Shown one piece after another: positions 24,442-35,670 of a stretch of 64,000 bases of DNA. The notes under the pieces were generated by a model. The model was not told the origin of the DNA. It ran no database searches and saw nothing but the letters and a program-made list of their open reading frames with translations. Both the position numbers and the translations under genes were made by a program. How positions within the stretch are numbered: position 1 is the stretch's first letter; each line of letters starts with the position of its first letter. Origin of the DNA: Octopus sinensis (Eukaryota); contig NC_043009.1 in the NCBI RefSeq assembly GCF_006345805.1, forward strand, positions 29,760,001 through 29,824,000. Direction: 5' to 3'.

Positions 24442-24890
24442 GTGTATATATGTGTATAAAGAATTAACAGAATGAGATAAAAATCCAAGGCTGTGAAAGA
24501 TTTCAGAACATTTATAAAGAGAAGGTCTTACAGCTGTTTCCCGGATATTTTATATATTCCTTCATCGGAAACGGTGCGAGAGAATGGTTAAGCAATAGCT
24601 ATTCTAGAGAAGATATGAAATAGAGAGTGAAGTGTAGGAATGAAAACAGACGTGAGATATGCAGGGATATTGTATCTACAGTTCAATTTTTTAAGCAGAA
24701 TTGTATACATATAAGTTTTCTCTGCTTTGTGTGTAAGTTCCAGTAGTATTTAAAATTGGTCATTCCAAGCATAGAGTTTGTAGACGGTGTTGTTGGATCG
24801 AGGTTGATTTTTTTTAAGTGACTTAAAAGTTGTGAATGTGTTTGTAAAGTCAAAACAAAAACAGGAATATTGCACCATGAATTCAAATAT
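24250..24890 (-). mobile_element. Probable decayed Penelope-like element remnant carrying a hammerhead motif
   Basis: Hammerhead-like motif at 24525-24572; upstream minus-strand reading F*ILLELTHKAEKTYMYTILLKKLN only weakly recalls a GIY-YIG C-terminus; boundaries uncertain. Confidence 0.45.
24525..24572 (-). ncRNA. Minimal hammerhead motif with palindromic stem III (U4C variant, imperfect stem II)
   Basis: Minus: gttt-CCGATGA-a-GGAATAT-ataaa-ATATCC-gg-GAAAC-AGCT-GTA-agac; palindrome ACAGCTGT, GUA triplet, stem I GTTT/AGAC. Confidence 0.6.
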
Positions 24891-25935
24891 TGAATGCTAC
24901 AAAATAAAAGTATCGTGCAAGATAGTTAAAACTACTGTAGATCAAGAAGTGGGCTTCGAAGACATTCTACTTGAATTAGACAATTAGAACCACTAGTACA
25001 AATAACTATTAATACTTCAGTTTCTGCAAAATTTAATGTTTCATATTTAACATGATCCCCTGGAGAAAACAAGAACAAACGATCCTCTGAACCCTTCTCT
25101 TATACCAGTGGGGCACTGTATGTAGGTACGTCAAATACTGATTTGATTAGAGTTAGTGTTCACATATATTATGTTTCGCCGAGCGCGTCCAATATCAGCG
25201 GAATATGTCTGTTGCCAGAGGAAGTTTAGCCAATTAATTTCTTGCATAATCTAAGTTGGTTGAACTTTTTTCTTATCATTATATTACATATGTGAGATAT
25301 TACCATAAATATATGCAGGTCTAAATTTTAAAACTGATTCTGTTGAAATAATCGAATTCATTAATGGAAAATCAAAATAAGGAAGTAATTTAAATGAGAA
25401 TGCAGACAGACATTATGAGTATGGAAATATTAGAAGGCTTGACAAAAATATCAACATTAATAAACATGTGTATCAGCACATAAAAACACAGCTTGTCGCA
25501 ATCAATTTTATTCTAATGTTGGGTCACAAGATATAGATATTAGGATATTTTGTATAAATATTTATACAGAAATGTAAGAATATAAATATCATGTTTCTAA
25601 ATGTGTTAAGATAATATTTGTTAAATCTGTATTGATTTTTGTTAAAATGAAACAGATGCACTTTTCAAAAGTCTAGGTACCTATTACAAGCTGTAGTCTC
25701 TACAGTATAAAAAACGATAAATAACGAAATATTCAGTGATATTTTTTAGATTATATTTCACATAGTAACTGGTGAACAATAGCGTCGGTACTTACAATAG
25801 GATTGTAGCACGTCAATCATTGCTAGAATGATATAGGATAAAGCACGTGACGTGATTTGTTTGCTACTACATGGAAAGCCAATACAATAACAGTTTCTTC
25901 GAAAACACAGAGAATTTTTACCTTCATACCTTCAG

Positions 25936-26190
25936 ACATCAGAGAAATATACCTGCAATAAATATACGAGGGCTTTCACACAAACTACGCAAGTCAAAAT
26001 CCATTCTCAAGATGTCAGTGAATCTGAGTCGGTAACTGCAGACATTTGCTGAAGTTGTATAATGAGATGGAAACTCTCAGGCATACAAATGTGTTTACTG
26101 TTGAAAGTATTCAAGATAAGTAAACGGAAACCTTTGAAGTATCAAATTCAAGACATGCCATATATGATGTTCTAAAATCAAACCTACTCA
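25936..26190 (+). pseudogene. Highly decayed C2H2 zinc-finger array relic
   Basis: EKYTCNKYTRAFTQTTQVKIH; DIC* exactly 84 nt (28 codons) after the equivalent position of finger 1; then AYKCVYC*K; preceded by a good acceptor (ccttcataccttcag). Key Cys/His residues are lost. Confidence 0.4.
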
Positions 26191-27384
26191 CAATTTCAGC
26201 TTTGCTAAAAATTAGCCTTTGATTAAAGCAATAACATTTTGTATATTAGTTGTTAATATATTCTTGACGTTATATGTCTCCCATTTTGTCATATTCCTTG
26301 TGTCTGTTCTTTTATCTTTTGCATGTCTCCCCAACCTTAATCTCCATTTCAAGCTACCATGAACGTGTTTCCTTTACTTCTGCTTTTCCTGCTCAGTTCT
26401 CTTCATAAAAAAAAAAATTTCAACATTATCTGCTATCACTCTACAATTTTCCTTTTTAATCTTTATCTGTTTCTCACTTTTCCGACTACTTCACTATCTT
26501 GTTTTAACGCTAACATCACCTACAACTTTGATTACTAACTCCTTGTTTATATCAGTTATTCCCTTAATTTCTTCTTCACAACTACATTCCTTCTCAGATA
26601 TTTTCTTCTTTCTCAGCCAAATTTCATATTAAGCATTTGCCCTCGCTGTGCTATTGTAACATATGCAATTAAACGTAAATGGTTCATATTGCTTGTTGCG
26701 TTTTTGTGGTGTTAGGGATTCAATAAAGCTGTACGTTTCTACCAAGAAACACTCTCCGCACTTATCAAGTCACTGCATAATTGCGTTTAGCTCTGATAAA
26801 ATGCATTAAACAACATTATGCATCTGATTTACTGTTAACAAAAATAACATAAACGAACATAATTAAAATGAAAAGATTCCCGAAGGATCTTACACGTAAC
26901 TTCCCACCATATGGTGTATATTATTGTATTTCAGCGCGATTGAATTACGCAATATTCAGCGGCTGCCACACGTTCAATTAATTTACTTTTGGCTCTTAGT
27001 TATATTGGGTTCATGAGAGGTGGAATTATTGATGCAAATTTGCAAGCTGGGATTTTTTCTTTCTCGTTAGTTCTGATATCTATTCCAGAATTACTTCCAA
27101 TAATCATGAACACACATTAATGTGTTTCTTTCTTTCTTTCTCTAGAATTTAATTCATTACCCAGGATAACTTGCTAAATTTATTGTAAATATATAAGTGT
27201 ATGGTAAATGAAGTTTATACATATATGAGTGGGGTGGGAGCTGTTCGTACTTATTCTAAAATCCAAAACAATCCAAGCTATAAAAATTAATAATAAAGGT
27301 CGATAGTTAGTACTATTACTTGGTATTCAGATATTTCAGGAAATTTCCGGAGAAAAGGGGCTCACAGCTGATGTCACTATATTG

Positions 27385-27385
27385 C

Positions 27386-27477
<92 letters not shown>

Positions 27478-27485
27478 TGTGCATC
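27385..27485. repeat. (TA)n(TG)n microsatellite
   Basis: Read directly from the sequence. Confidence 0.95.
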
Positions 27486-28609
27486 CATATATTGGCATAC
27501 GTTTGTATGTATATGCTCACACATGCGTGAATAGTTTTCGTGACGGTGTTTTTTCCCCGATTCGATAAACAAATATAACAGATCAAATATTTCGAAATTC
27601 TTAGAGTCTTAAATTTAAAACCCGAAATTACTAGTTTCTCTATGGAAATGGTGATAATATAAAATGTTGGTCAGAACATTAGTTGACTAACATTTACCTC
27701 ATAGATAAATAGCTACGTGTACTTAGAAAACGATTCCCAATGCAAACCATCAATCTTCATGTCTAATTCTTATGTTCTTACAAACATTCATAGTTAAACA
27801 CTGAATGTGAATACACTTCCACTGCAATCACCACGTCACACTAATGCAGCTTATCATTCTTTACGTTATCATCACATCTCAGTTGTTGACAACATAATTT
27901 TGTTTGGTTGACTAAATTAAATATTTCGATATAAAGTACGATTCTCTCTTTAAATAATTATATCATATAATGGAGCCATTTCTCGAGTAATCTGCATCAT
28001 TAATCAATATTATTTTCTAATTTACATCGCCAAATAGAAAGTGAAATACGACTTTTTAAAAATGTCCTATTATATAAAATGGAATATATTTACATTTCAA
28101 CTTTCTTCATTTTGAGTTTTATGCCATTCATTAAGCACCATCCTACGCTTCATTTTAAAATATGAACCGTTGCATGTGTTATGTATGACAAAGGACAGTA
28201 TTAACGAAATGTGCAGAAAAGGCCGCTGACCTGATGATGTATAATGCAAACATAAATCTGTGATGAGTGACTAAGTGCCAAATAAATATATATTTGAGAA
28301 ACAAAGTTTCGCTATAGAATCTTGCGATTAAGAAACAATTTACTTTCTAGTGACACTAGCAGAGGTTAGTGAGTGCGCTAACGAACATTTGTTATTTCCA
28401 CTTTGTTTAGCTGAACTCTTATTTCAAATCCCTCCAGTTTTTCACATTCAAGGTCGATATATGAACTTCCACAGTATTAGTTCGGCTCTTACACTTTCAT
28501 TAATTCATTTATCCTTTATTATTTTATTTCTTTATTCATTCTTCTCTGTTCCTCCCCCTATCTTTTCTTTCTCTCCCATTCCTTCTCACTCGCAAAGAAA
28601 GCAACAAGT

Positions 28610-28812
<203 letters not shown>

Positions 28813-28903
28813 AGTTGAAATTTTCAAAAAAAACAAAAGTCGAAGGTAGGTGTATAAACAACAAATAGGTGTATTAATTTAACGCTTGAGAAGGGGATAA
28901 ATA

Positions 28904-28939
28904 TTTTACGTTTCGAGCCTACGCTCTTCAACAGAAAGG
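28904..28939 (-). ncRNA. Minimal hammerhead-like motif (CUGUUGA core variant) in a short repeat at about 28836-29000
   Basis: Minus: ttt-CTGTTGA-a-GAGC-gtag-GCTC-GAAA-C-G-T-A-aaa; 4-bp stem II, ACGT palindrome, GUA triplet, A6 replaced by U. Confidence 0.55.
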
Positions 28940-29836
28940 AACGCGAGGAAATAAAAAGAGGGAGAATAAAAAAGAGAAGAAAGAAAACGGAATAAGAAAA
29001 GTAGAAAGTTCAAAAGTTAATTATATATATATACATACACATATGTAGAAATAGGTAAATAGATAGATAGATAGCTCCACACAGGTATATGGGTATGTGT
29101 CTTTATACGAGTGTGCGTTTGAATATTATACTTTATGTGTACGTAAATTTATTTGCAGATAGTTATATGTGAAAGGTTTTGATATAAAGATTTCCTCATG
29201 TTGTGTCTTTTGAAATTTACAAAATTATCTGTAGAAATGAATAGTGAGAGACTAAGAGAAAGAGAGTAAAAGAGAGTGAGAGAGAGAGAGGGTGATTGGG
29301 ATAGAGAGAATGATGGAGAGACAGAGTTAGCGAGAGAGAGATTGAGATAAATGAAGAGAAATCGAGAGCAAATGATTTTGGCTCTACATCTAAAATCTGT
29401 CAAACAGGGAGTTTACAGCCGAATAAAAAAAGGATATGCTATAATGCAACCTAATAATTTTATCAATTTAAACATCCGTTTGACCTTTCAAGAGACGTGA
29501 TGTTTCAGGTACAATGTCGAACTAATTAACAACGTAAACTTCATTTTTATAAAGTTTTATAAAAAGTTTTATAAAAAGTTACAGTCATATCATTTTTCTA
29601 AGATTTTCCACACACACACATATATAGGAATGCATGTGTATATTTAAGGGGTATGGATACGCACAACGCACGTGCACATTCAACATACATGTACGCATAC
29701 TACTACAACTACTACTACTATGACGACGACGACGACTACTACTACTACTATATATAGTGAATCCAAAAAAAGAACAACAACGCGAGACCATGGTACATGT
29801 AAAGTATTAGCAGACGCTGGGGTAAGGAAAGAGATG

Positions 29837-29871
29837 GTTTAACGTTTCGAGCAACGCTCTTCTCCAGAAAC
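29837..29871 (-). ncRNA. Minimal hammerhead-like motif (CUGGAGA core variant) in a short repeat at about 29780-29935
   Basis: Minus: gttt-CTGGAGA-a-GAGC-gtt-GCTC-GAAA-C-G-T-T-aaac; stem I GTTT/AAAC, stem II GAGC/GCTC, AACGTT palindrome, A6 replaced by G. Confidence 0.55.
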
Positions 29872-30039
29872 TAGGGAAAGTCCAGTAGAAAGAAAGACGG
29901 AGGAAGAAAATTGCCCACGATTCACATGTGGTTACATTCTGAAATGTGCATTTTAAAATGTATATGTTTGTATGTATGCATATATGTGTATGTATATAAT
30001 TATGTTACAGTGCAAGTATATGGCAAAAGGTAATGGAAA

Positions 30040-30978
30040 TTCAAATGTCTGGGAATATGATTTTAAGCTTTTGATAAAATTGGACATATGACACGAAGAA
30101 GGGCAGTTTCATAAAAACAGAAAGGAAAAAGCACGGAAGGAAAAGAAAATGTACGGTCAGTTTGCAAGAGATGTGAACGCCAAGACAAATACATAGGACC
30201 GGTCTCTGTAGATGAGGAAGTGTGACCTGAAGATAGAGACAGAAGCACTCATATGCACAGTTCAGAAACAAGCGTTAAAGACCAATTATATGAAGTGCAG
30301 AATTGACAACGCTACCGATGTGTGGTGAGAGATGTAAAACGGTATGGAACATCGTTAGTGAATGCCCGAAATTGGCAGAACGCAAATATAAACGACGTCA
30401 TGACAATGTGGCAAGAATGGGAGATCTGTGGAAATCAATGCCTACAAAGAGCAAATGCATGGTATGAGCAAACCCCAGAAGGATTCACTGAAGATGAGAA
30501 CTGCAAAATCCTGTGGGATGTAATGATCCAGTGCGATGACCTGGCCTGACATAGGATATCAATCATTGTTGTGGTTAACAAAAAAGAAAGAACATGTATG
30601 ATAATCGACATTGCATGCCCCAGTGACAAAAGGATCAATGTGAAAGAGGAAGAAAAACTAAACAATTATGACGATTTAAAGTGGAAATTAAGAAGGTTGT
30701 GGTCATTGAAGAGAGTCGACGTGATGCCAATAGTTATTGGTGTATAATGGATGTATCAGCATTCAACTGCAAAAATCAGCATTGCCTGAAACTGCAAGAA
30801 TTCTCTGCAGGGTTCATGAAGCATGACCAATAAATAAGTGTCAGTTTAGTCTGCTGACAGTGGATAGCTGTCACCTTCCATCATACCCAGCAAAACAAGC
30901 CGTGCGATTTCATATAATAATAACAATAATGATGATGATGATGATGATGATGATGATCATGATGATCATGATGATAAC
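30040..30978 (+). mobile_element. Decayed R4/Dong-type LINE 3' part with (AAT)/(GAT)n tail
   Basis: RKCDLKIETEALICTVQKQALKTNYMK; KRRHDNVA; WYEQTPEGFTEDENCKILWDVMIQCD; IIDIACPSDKRINVKEEEKLNNYDDLKW; tail about 30911-30978. Confidence 0.88.
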
Positions 30979-31689
30979 TAGCTGGACCCGTGAAAACTTC
31001 ATGGAAAACATAACAAATGTAAGCATCTGTAAATTGTGTCTCTGGTGTCATAAGAAATGTTTCTTTATTCTGACACTTGGAGTTACATCCAATATTGGAT
31101 GAAAACCCAGTATATAGTATTCGGTAATCAATTATTTGTAGGAAAGCGAAAGTAACAGCCAGTATTTGCTGTGGTTATGTATCTGTCTACTCTGAAAATA
31201 CTGATGAACATTTAAAAACACAAAACAAACACCACCTTCCTTTCAGTCACCACTTACTCTCTGTCTCACTCACTCTCTGTCTCACTCATTCTCTGACTCA
31301 CTTATTCTCTGTCCCTCCCCTCTCCCGATTTACCGCACACTTCAAGTATACCTCCACTGCTTGACAGCTTTTATTTTTATTTCTACCTCACCCTTCAAGT
31401 GTAGAAAAGTAGCAGTAACATCCACAGGTATTTGCCGAGGAAGATAGACAGAGAGAGGGATAGGGAGTGTGAGAGAGAGGCAGACAATGGGAGAGGGAGA
31501 GAAAGAGAGAGACAGACCGACAGAATAACTGTCAGACAGATAGGCGGATAAATAGATAGATAGGCCGTTGTTAGGACCGGATTAACACCCATAGTGACCC
31601 TAACGACTTAAAAAATTTTCCTTCCCCTGTATTGGATCTCTGTCCGTTTTCTTCCAGCCACGTATGCCCTGATGCAGTACCAGGTACTG

Positions 31690-31890
31690 ACTCGAATGGC
31701 TTTTGTTCTTAACGGATTGGAAGTATTATCATGTACATTGTTTTGTCTTGGTATAAAAGATGGACTAAAGCAAATATTCTGCTCAATACCACAGTCTTGC
31801 TTGTCAGTTGTTTGACCGTAACCAGTTGAGCATGTCTCTTAGTGGCTGACAATATGTGCATCTCTGATCACGAGCAAAAGTAGTGGGAGA
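31690..31890 (+). mobile_element. Fragment of another interspersed repeat (family D, SINE-like), cut by a Dong 5' junction
   Basis: gcaaatattctgctcaataccacag..ttgcttgtcagttgtttgacc.taaccagttgagcatgtc..ttagtggctgac recognised from memory as an abundant octopus repeat; no second copy of this segment in the window. Confidence 0.5.
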
Positions 31891-31892
31891 GC

Positions 31893-32154
31893 TAAATTCA
31901 AAAGATAGTGCTCATGCGAACTGCCCATATGCTACGTAAAATACTGACTATGTAATCTCAAATTTTAAAACAAACTCATAATTTTCTTATCGTTTCTTAA
32001 ACATTCTCTAGAACAATAATCTGTACAAACCCAAATGTATGGCCCCTTAGGCACTTAGGCATAACACCAACATGAACTTCTAACTTGTCTCTTGAGGTGT
32101 CTGGGTGAGACTTGGAGCCATCTTGCACAACTGCAAAGCAAAAGTCAATTATAA
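31893..32154 (+). mobile_element. R4/Dong-type LINE extreme 3' end (third subfamily)
   Basis: IQKIVLMRTAHMLRKILTM* plus 3' UTR ending gcaaaagtcaa; about 85% similar by eye to 32441-32722; followed by (AAT)n. Confidence 0.88.
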
Positions 32155-32176
32155 AATAATAATAATAATGATAATT

Positions 32177-32220
<44 letters not shown>

Positions 32221-32251
32221 CAACAACAATAATAATAATAATAATAATAAC

Positions 32252-32284
<33 letters not shown>
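32155..32284. repeat. (AAT)n/(AAC)n tract between Dong fragments
   Basis: Read directly from the sequence. Confidence 0.95.
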
Positions 32285-32287
<3 letters not shown>

Positions 32288-32530
32288 CTGAGCAAATATA
32301 AAGATCTTGAAATAGAAATCAGCAAAATGTGGAAGCTGAAGACTAAAACAATACCTGTTGTCATAGGTGCCCTGGGAATGATAGCAAAAGGGGCTGATAG
32401 CTACCTAACTCAGATACCAGGAAACCCAAAAATGGCAGAAGTTCAAAAGATAGTGCTCATGGGAACTGCTCATATCCTACGCAAAATACTCTCTATGTAA
32501 CCTCAAGGTTTAAAACAACCATAATTTTCG

Positions 32531-32561
<31 letters not shown>

Positions 32562-32723
32562 CTTTTTTTTTTTAGACATTCATTAGTACAACATCCCCAC
32601 CCCCCAAATATATGGCAAACTAGGCATAACAACAACATGAACTTCCAACCCTGTTGTCTCTTGAGGTCTCTGGGTGAGACTTGGAGCCAACTTGTACAAA
32701 TATAAAGCAAAAGTCAAACATAG
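32285..32723 (+). mobile_element. R4/Dong-type LINE 3' end, ORF segment still open
   Basis: KLSKYKDLEIEISKMWKLKTKTIPVVIGALGMIAKGADSYLTQIPGNPKMAEVQKIVLMGTAHILRKILSM* (stop at 32500); 3' UTR; then (AAT)n 32724-32774. Confidence 0.92.
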
Positions 32724-32731
32724 AATAATAA

Positions 32732-32774
<43 letters not shown>

Positions 32775-34385
32775 GAACAAAATAGACAGGAATGAAAGAA
32801 AGTGATGACAGGATGTAGGATGCACCAAGCAAAATCTGACATAGAAATGTTATGTATACAACGTATCGAAGGCGGTAGAGGCCTCATACCGATAGGAAGC
32901 TGTTATAAAATACTCACCATACGACTGCAGAAATACCTATTTCAGAAGCATGGAAAACTAATACAAATAGTCACAAAACACGAACAAAACAAAAAACTGT
33001 TTGCTGCCTATAAGGAAGCTGACAAACACAAAAAGCTGACAAGCACATGGTACCTAACAACTACGGAGAAGAAGAAGAAACAGCAAAAGCTGTACAACAT
33101 CTGATATCCAAACTAAAACTGGAACAGCAAAGTATCATGATAAAACGATAGCAGGAAAAGCCATTACAAGGCAAATATTGAGTTAAGTTGAATAGAAAAG
33201 AAATAGACAAAGCAAAATCCCAACAATGGCTGAGAAGCACAAGATACAAAGCCGAGACCGAACGATTTTTATTGCAGCACAAGATCAAAGCCTTCCCGCC
33301 AAAAATCACCAAAAGCACGTAATGAAAAGAAATACAAGTAACTGCAGTATATGTGGTGATGGAGAAGAAAGTATAAAACATATTGTCTCTGGCTGCCCAG
33401 TCCTGGCTAAGAAGGAATATATTCACAGACACGACAGAGCTGGGTCCTATGTACACTGGAAGTTATGCCTACACTATAGAATAAAAACAGAAAAAAGACA
33501 GTATAGGCACACGTCAGAAAGGGTCAAGAAAAATGAAAAAGCAACCATACACTGAGATATGTCAATACTAAGGAAAGGAAGCACTCCGTCGGTTACGACG
33601 ATGAGGGTTCCGGTTGATCCGAATCAACGGAACAGCCTGCTCGTGAAATTAACGTGTATGTGGCTGAGCACTCCACAGACACGTGCACCCTTAACGTAGT
33701 TCTCGGGGATATTTAGCGTGACACAGAGAGTGACAAGGCCGGCCCCTTGAAATACAGGTACAACAGAAACAGGAAGTAAGAGTGAGAGAAAGTTGTGGTG
33801 AATGAGTACAGCAGGGATCACCACCATCCCCTGCCGGAGCCGCGTGGAGCTTTTTTAGGTGTTTTCGCTCAATAAACACTCACAACGCCCGGTCTGGGAA
33901 TCGAAACCGCGATCCTATGACCACTGGGCCATTGCGCCTCCACTATGTCAATACACACACATAGAGAAATGAAGGCCAATAGAACGGATATTGTTGTCAG
34001 AGATCACAAACAAAATGTGCTTTCCATTCGACGTATCAATACCAATAAATGATAGTGTTTCTCCAAAACAAAGAGAGAAACTTTCAAAATACAAAAATCT
34101 GGAAATAGAGGTAACTCGAATGCGGCGCCTAAAAACAGAAACAATTCCTATTATAACAGGTGCATTAAGTATGATGAAAAGAAAAACATTCACACGAATA
34201 CATAAAAAAACTCAGGACTTACAAGTATATATAACATACAAAAAATAGCACTACTAGGCACCACATACCTCCTACATAAAACACTTTCGGTACAGTGAAA
34301 ATAAGAGAACCACAGCACACCCAAGACACACAGAACTGCACTTGGTAGTGCACTGAAAGCACGTGATAAAAATAAGACAGCTAAA
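32775..34385 (+). mobile_element. 5'-truncated R4/Dong-type LINE interrupted by a family B SINE
   Basis: MMTGCRMHQAKSDIEMLCIQRIEGGRGL; AAQDQSLP; CCHC CSICGDGEESIKHIVSGC; KEYIHRHD; after the SINE, MSIHTHREMKANRTDIVV, FDVSIP, KQREKLSKYKNLEIEV; ends at the (GAT)n(ATT)n tract. Confidence 0.9.
33569..33943 (-). mobile_element. Young SINE family B with perfect 11-bp TSD, inserted into the Dong element
   Basis: TSD tatgtcaatac at 33558-33568 and 33944-33954; removing the SINE restores the Dong reading H*DMSIHTHREMKAN; 20-bp deletion in the tRNA head relative to 21342-21726. Confidence 0.95.
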
Positions 34386-34387
34386 TA

Positions 34388-34429
<42 letters not shown>

Positions 34430-34544
34430 GTCTGGATTATTATTATTATTATTGTTGTTGTTGTTGTTGTTGTTGTTATTATAATAATAATTATTATTAT
34501 TATCATTATTATTATCATTATTATTATTATTATTATCATCATCA

Positions 34545-34603
<59 letters not shown>
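34385..34603. repeat. (GAT)n(ATT)n(GTT)n(ATT/ATC)n microsatellite
   Basis: Read directly from the sequence. Confidence 0.95.
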
Positions 34604-34607
34604 TCTA

Positions 34608-34773
34608 TCCTCGTCCGCCGCTACGTTCAGAATTCAAATTCCGCCGGGTTTGACTGTGACTTTCATCCTTTCGTGGTCGATAAATTAAGTACCAGTTCAG
34701 TACTAGGGTCGATATAATTGACTGTCCCACTCCCCAAAATGCCAGGCCTTGTGACGATAGTAGAAAGGATTAT
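34608..34773 (+). mobile_element. SINE family A, 5'-truncated
   Basis: ttcaaattccgccg..gact.tgactttcatcctttcg.ggtcgataaattaagtaccagtt core; gccttgtg..atagtagaaaggattatt tail. Confidence 0.85.
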
Positions 34774-34945
34774 TACTTCTACTTTAGGCACAAGTCGTTG
34801 AAAATTTGGCAGATGTGAGGGGAACTACTCAATTATATCTACCCCAGTACATAACTGATACTTATCTCAACGACCCCGAAAGGATGGAAGGTAAAGTGAA
34901 CCTCGGCGGAATTTGAAATCAGAACGATGCCGGTGGCATAAGCAA
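34774..34945 (-). mobile_element. SINE family A, 5'-truncated, tail-to-tail with the previous copy
   Basis: cttctactttaggcacaag tail; gaccccgaaaggatggaaggtaaagtgaacctcggcggaatttgaa core. Confidence 0.85.
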
Positions 34946-35439
34946 CTAGCAGAAGAGACGTTTCCGTTTGATGTTCATTTGCGGCAAAGACTAGATAACG
35001 AAATGCCATTTGCAAGGTCCTATATGCTTTTAAATTCAATCAATTTAGGTTTGCTATAATTAATTTTCACTGGATATGCTTTGAGAAGAGCAAATGTACA
35101 AAAGTCTGGCTAGGGAGCATTGTTTTGTTGTAATGAACTGACATGTGACAAAATTCACACTCAATGAAGATGATGTCATAGACACGTGATGGGGCCAATG
35201 ATGGAAACACAGAGGTCAGTGCCGCGTATACAACATTTCTTGTAAAGTAGACAACTCTTTATGGAAACAGAAAAGGATGCCAAGAAGGAAGAGACGGAGA
35301 GACAGACATAAATCAATAGGAATCATATTTCTGAGTGCACTATGCGTCATAATAATAACTTGAGTGATTTTCAAGAACACATTTTGAATAAGATAATTTA
35401 TCATTTCACAAAAATGTTTTATAAGAAGTAGGATATATA

Positions 35440-35456
35440 AGTATGTATAAATAAAT

Positions 35457-35534
<78 letters not shown>

Positions 35535-35573
35535 TATATATATATAAATATATATGTATATATACATACACAC

Positions 35574-35644
<71 letters not shown>

Positions 35645-35670
35645 ATATATATATATTTGTGTGTGTGTGT
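35440..35670. repeat. (TA)n microsatellite
   Basis: Read directly from the sequence. Confidence 0.95.

Noticed and set aside
32105-32500. 131-aa poly-Asn protein
   Set aside because: Chance in-frame fusion of a Dong 3' UTR, an (AAT)n tract and the next Dong C-terminal fragment.
35180-35215. E-box (CACGTG) plus CCAAT as a promoter (similar CCAAT pairs near 25190 and 42470)
   Set aside because: Short motifs occur by chance; no associated gene start or CpG island.
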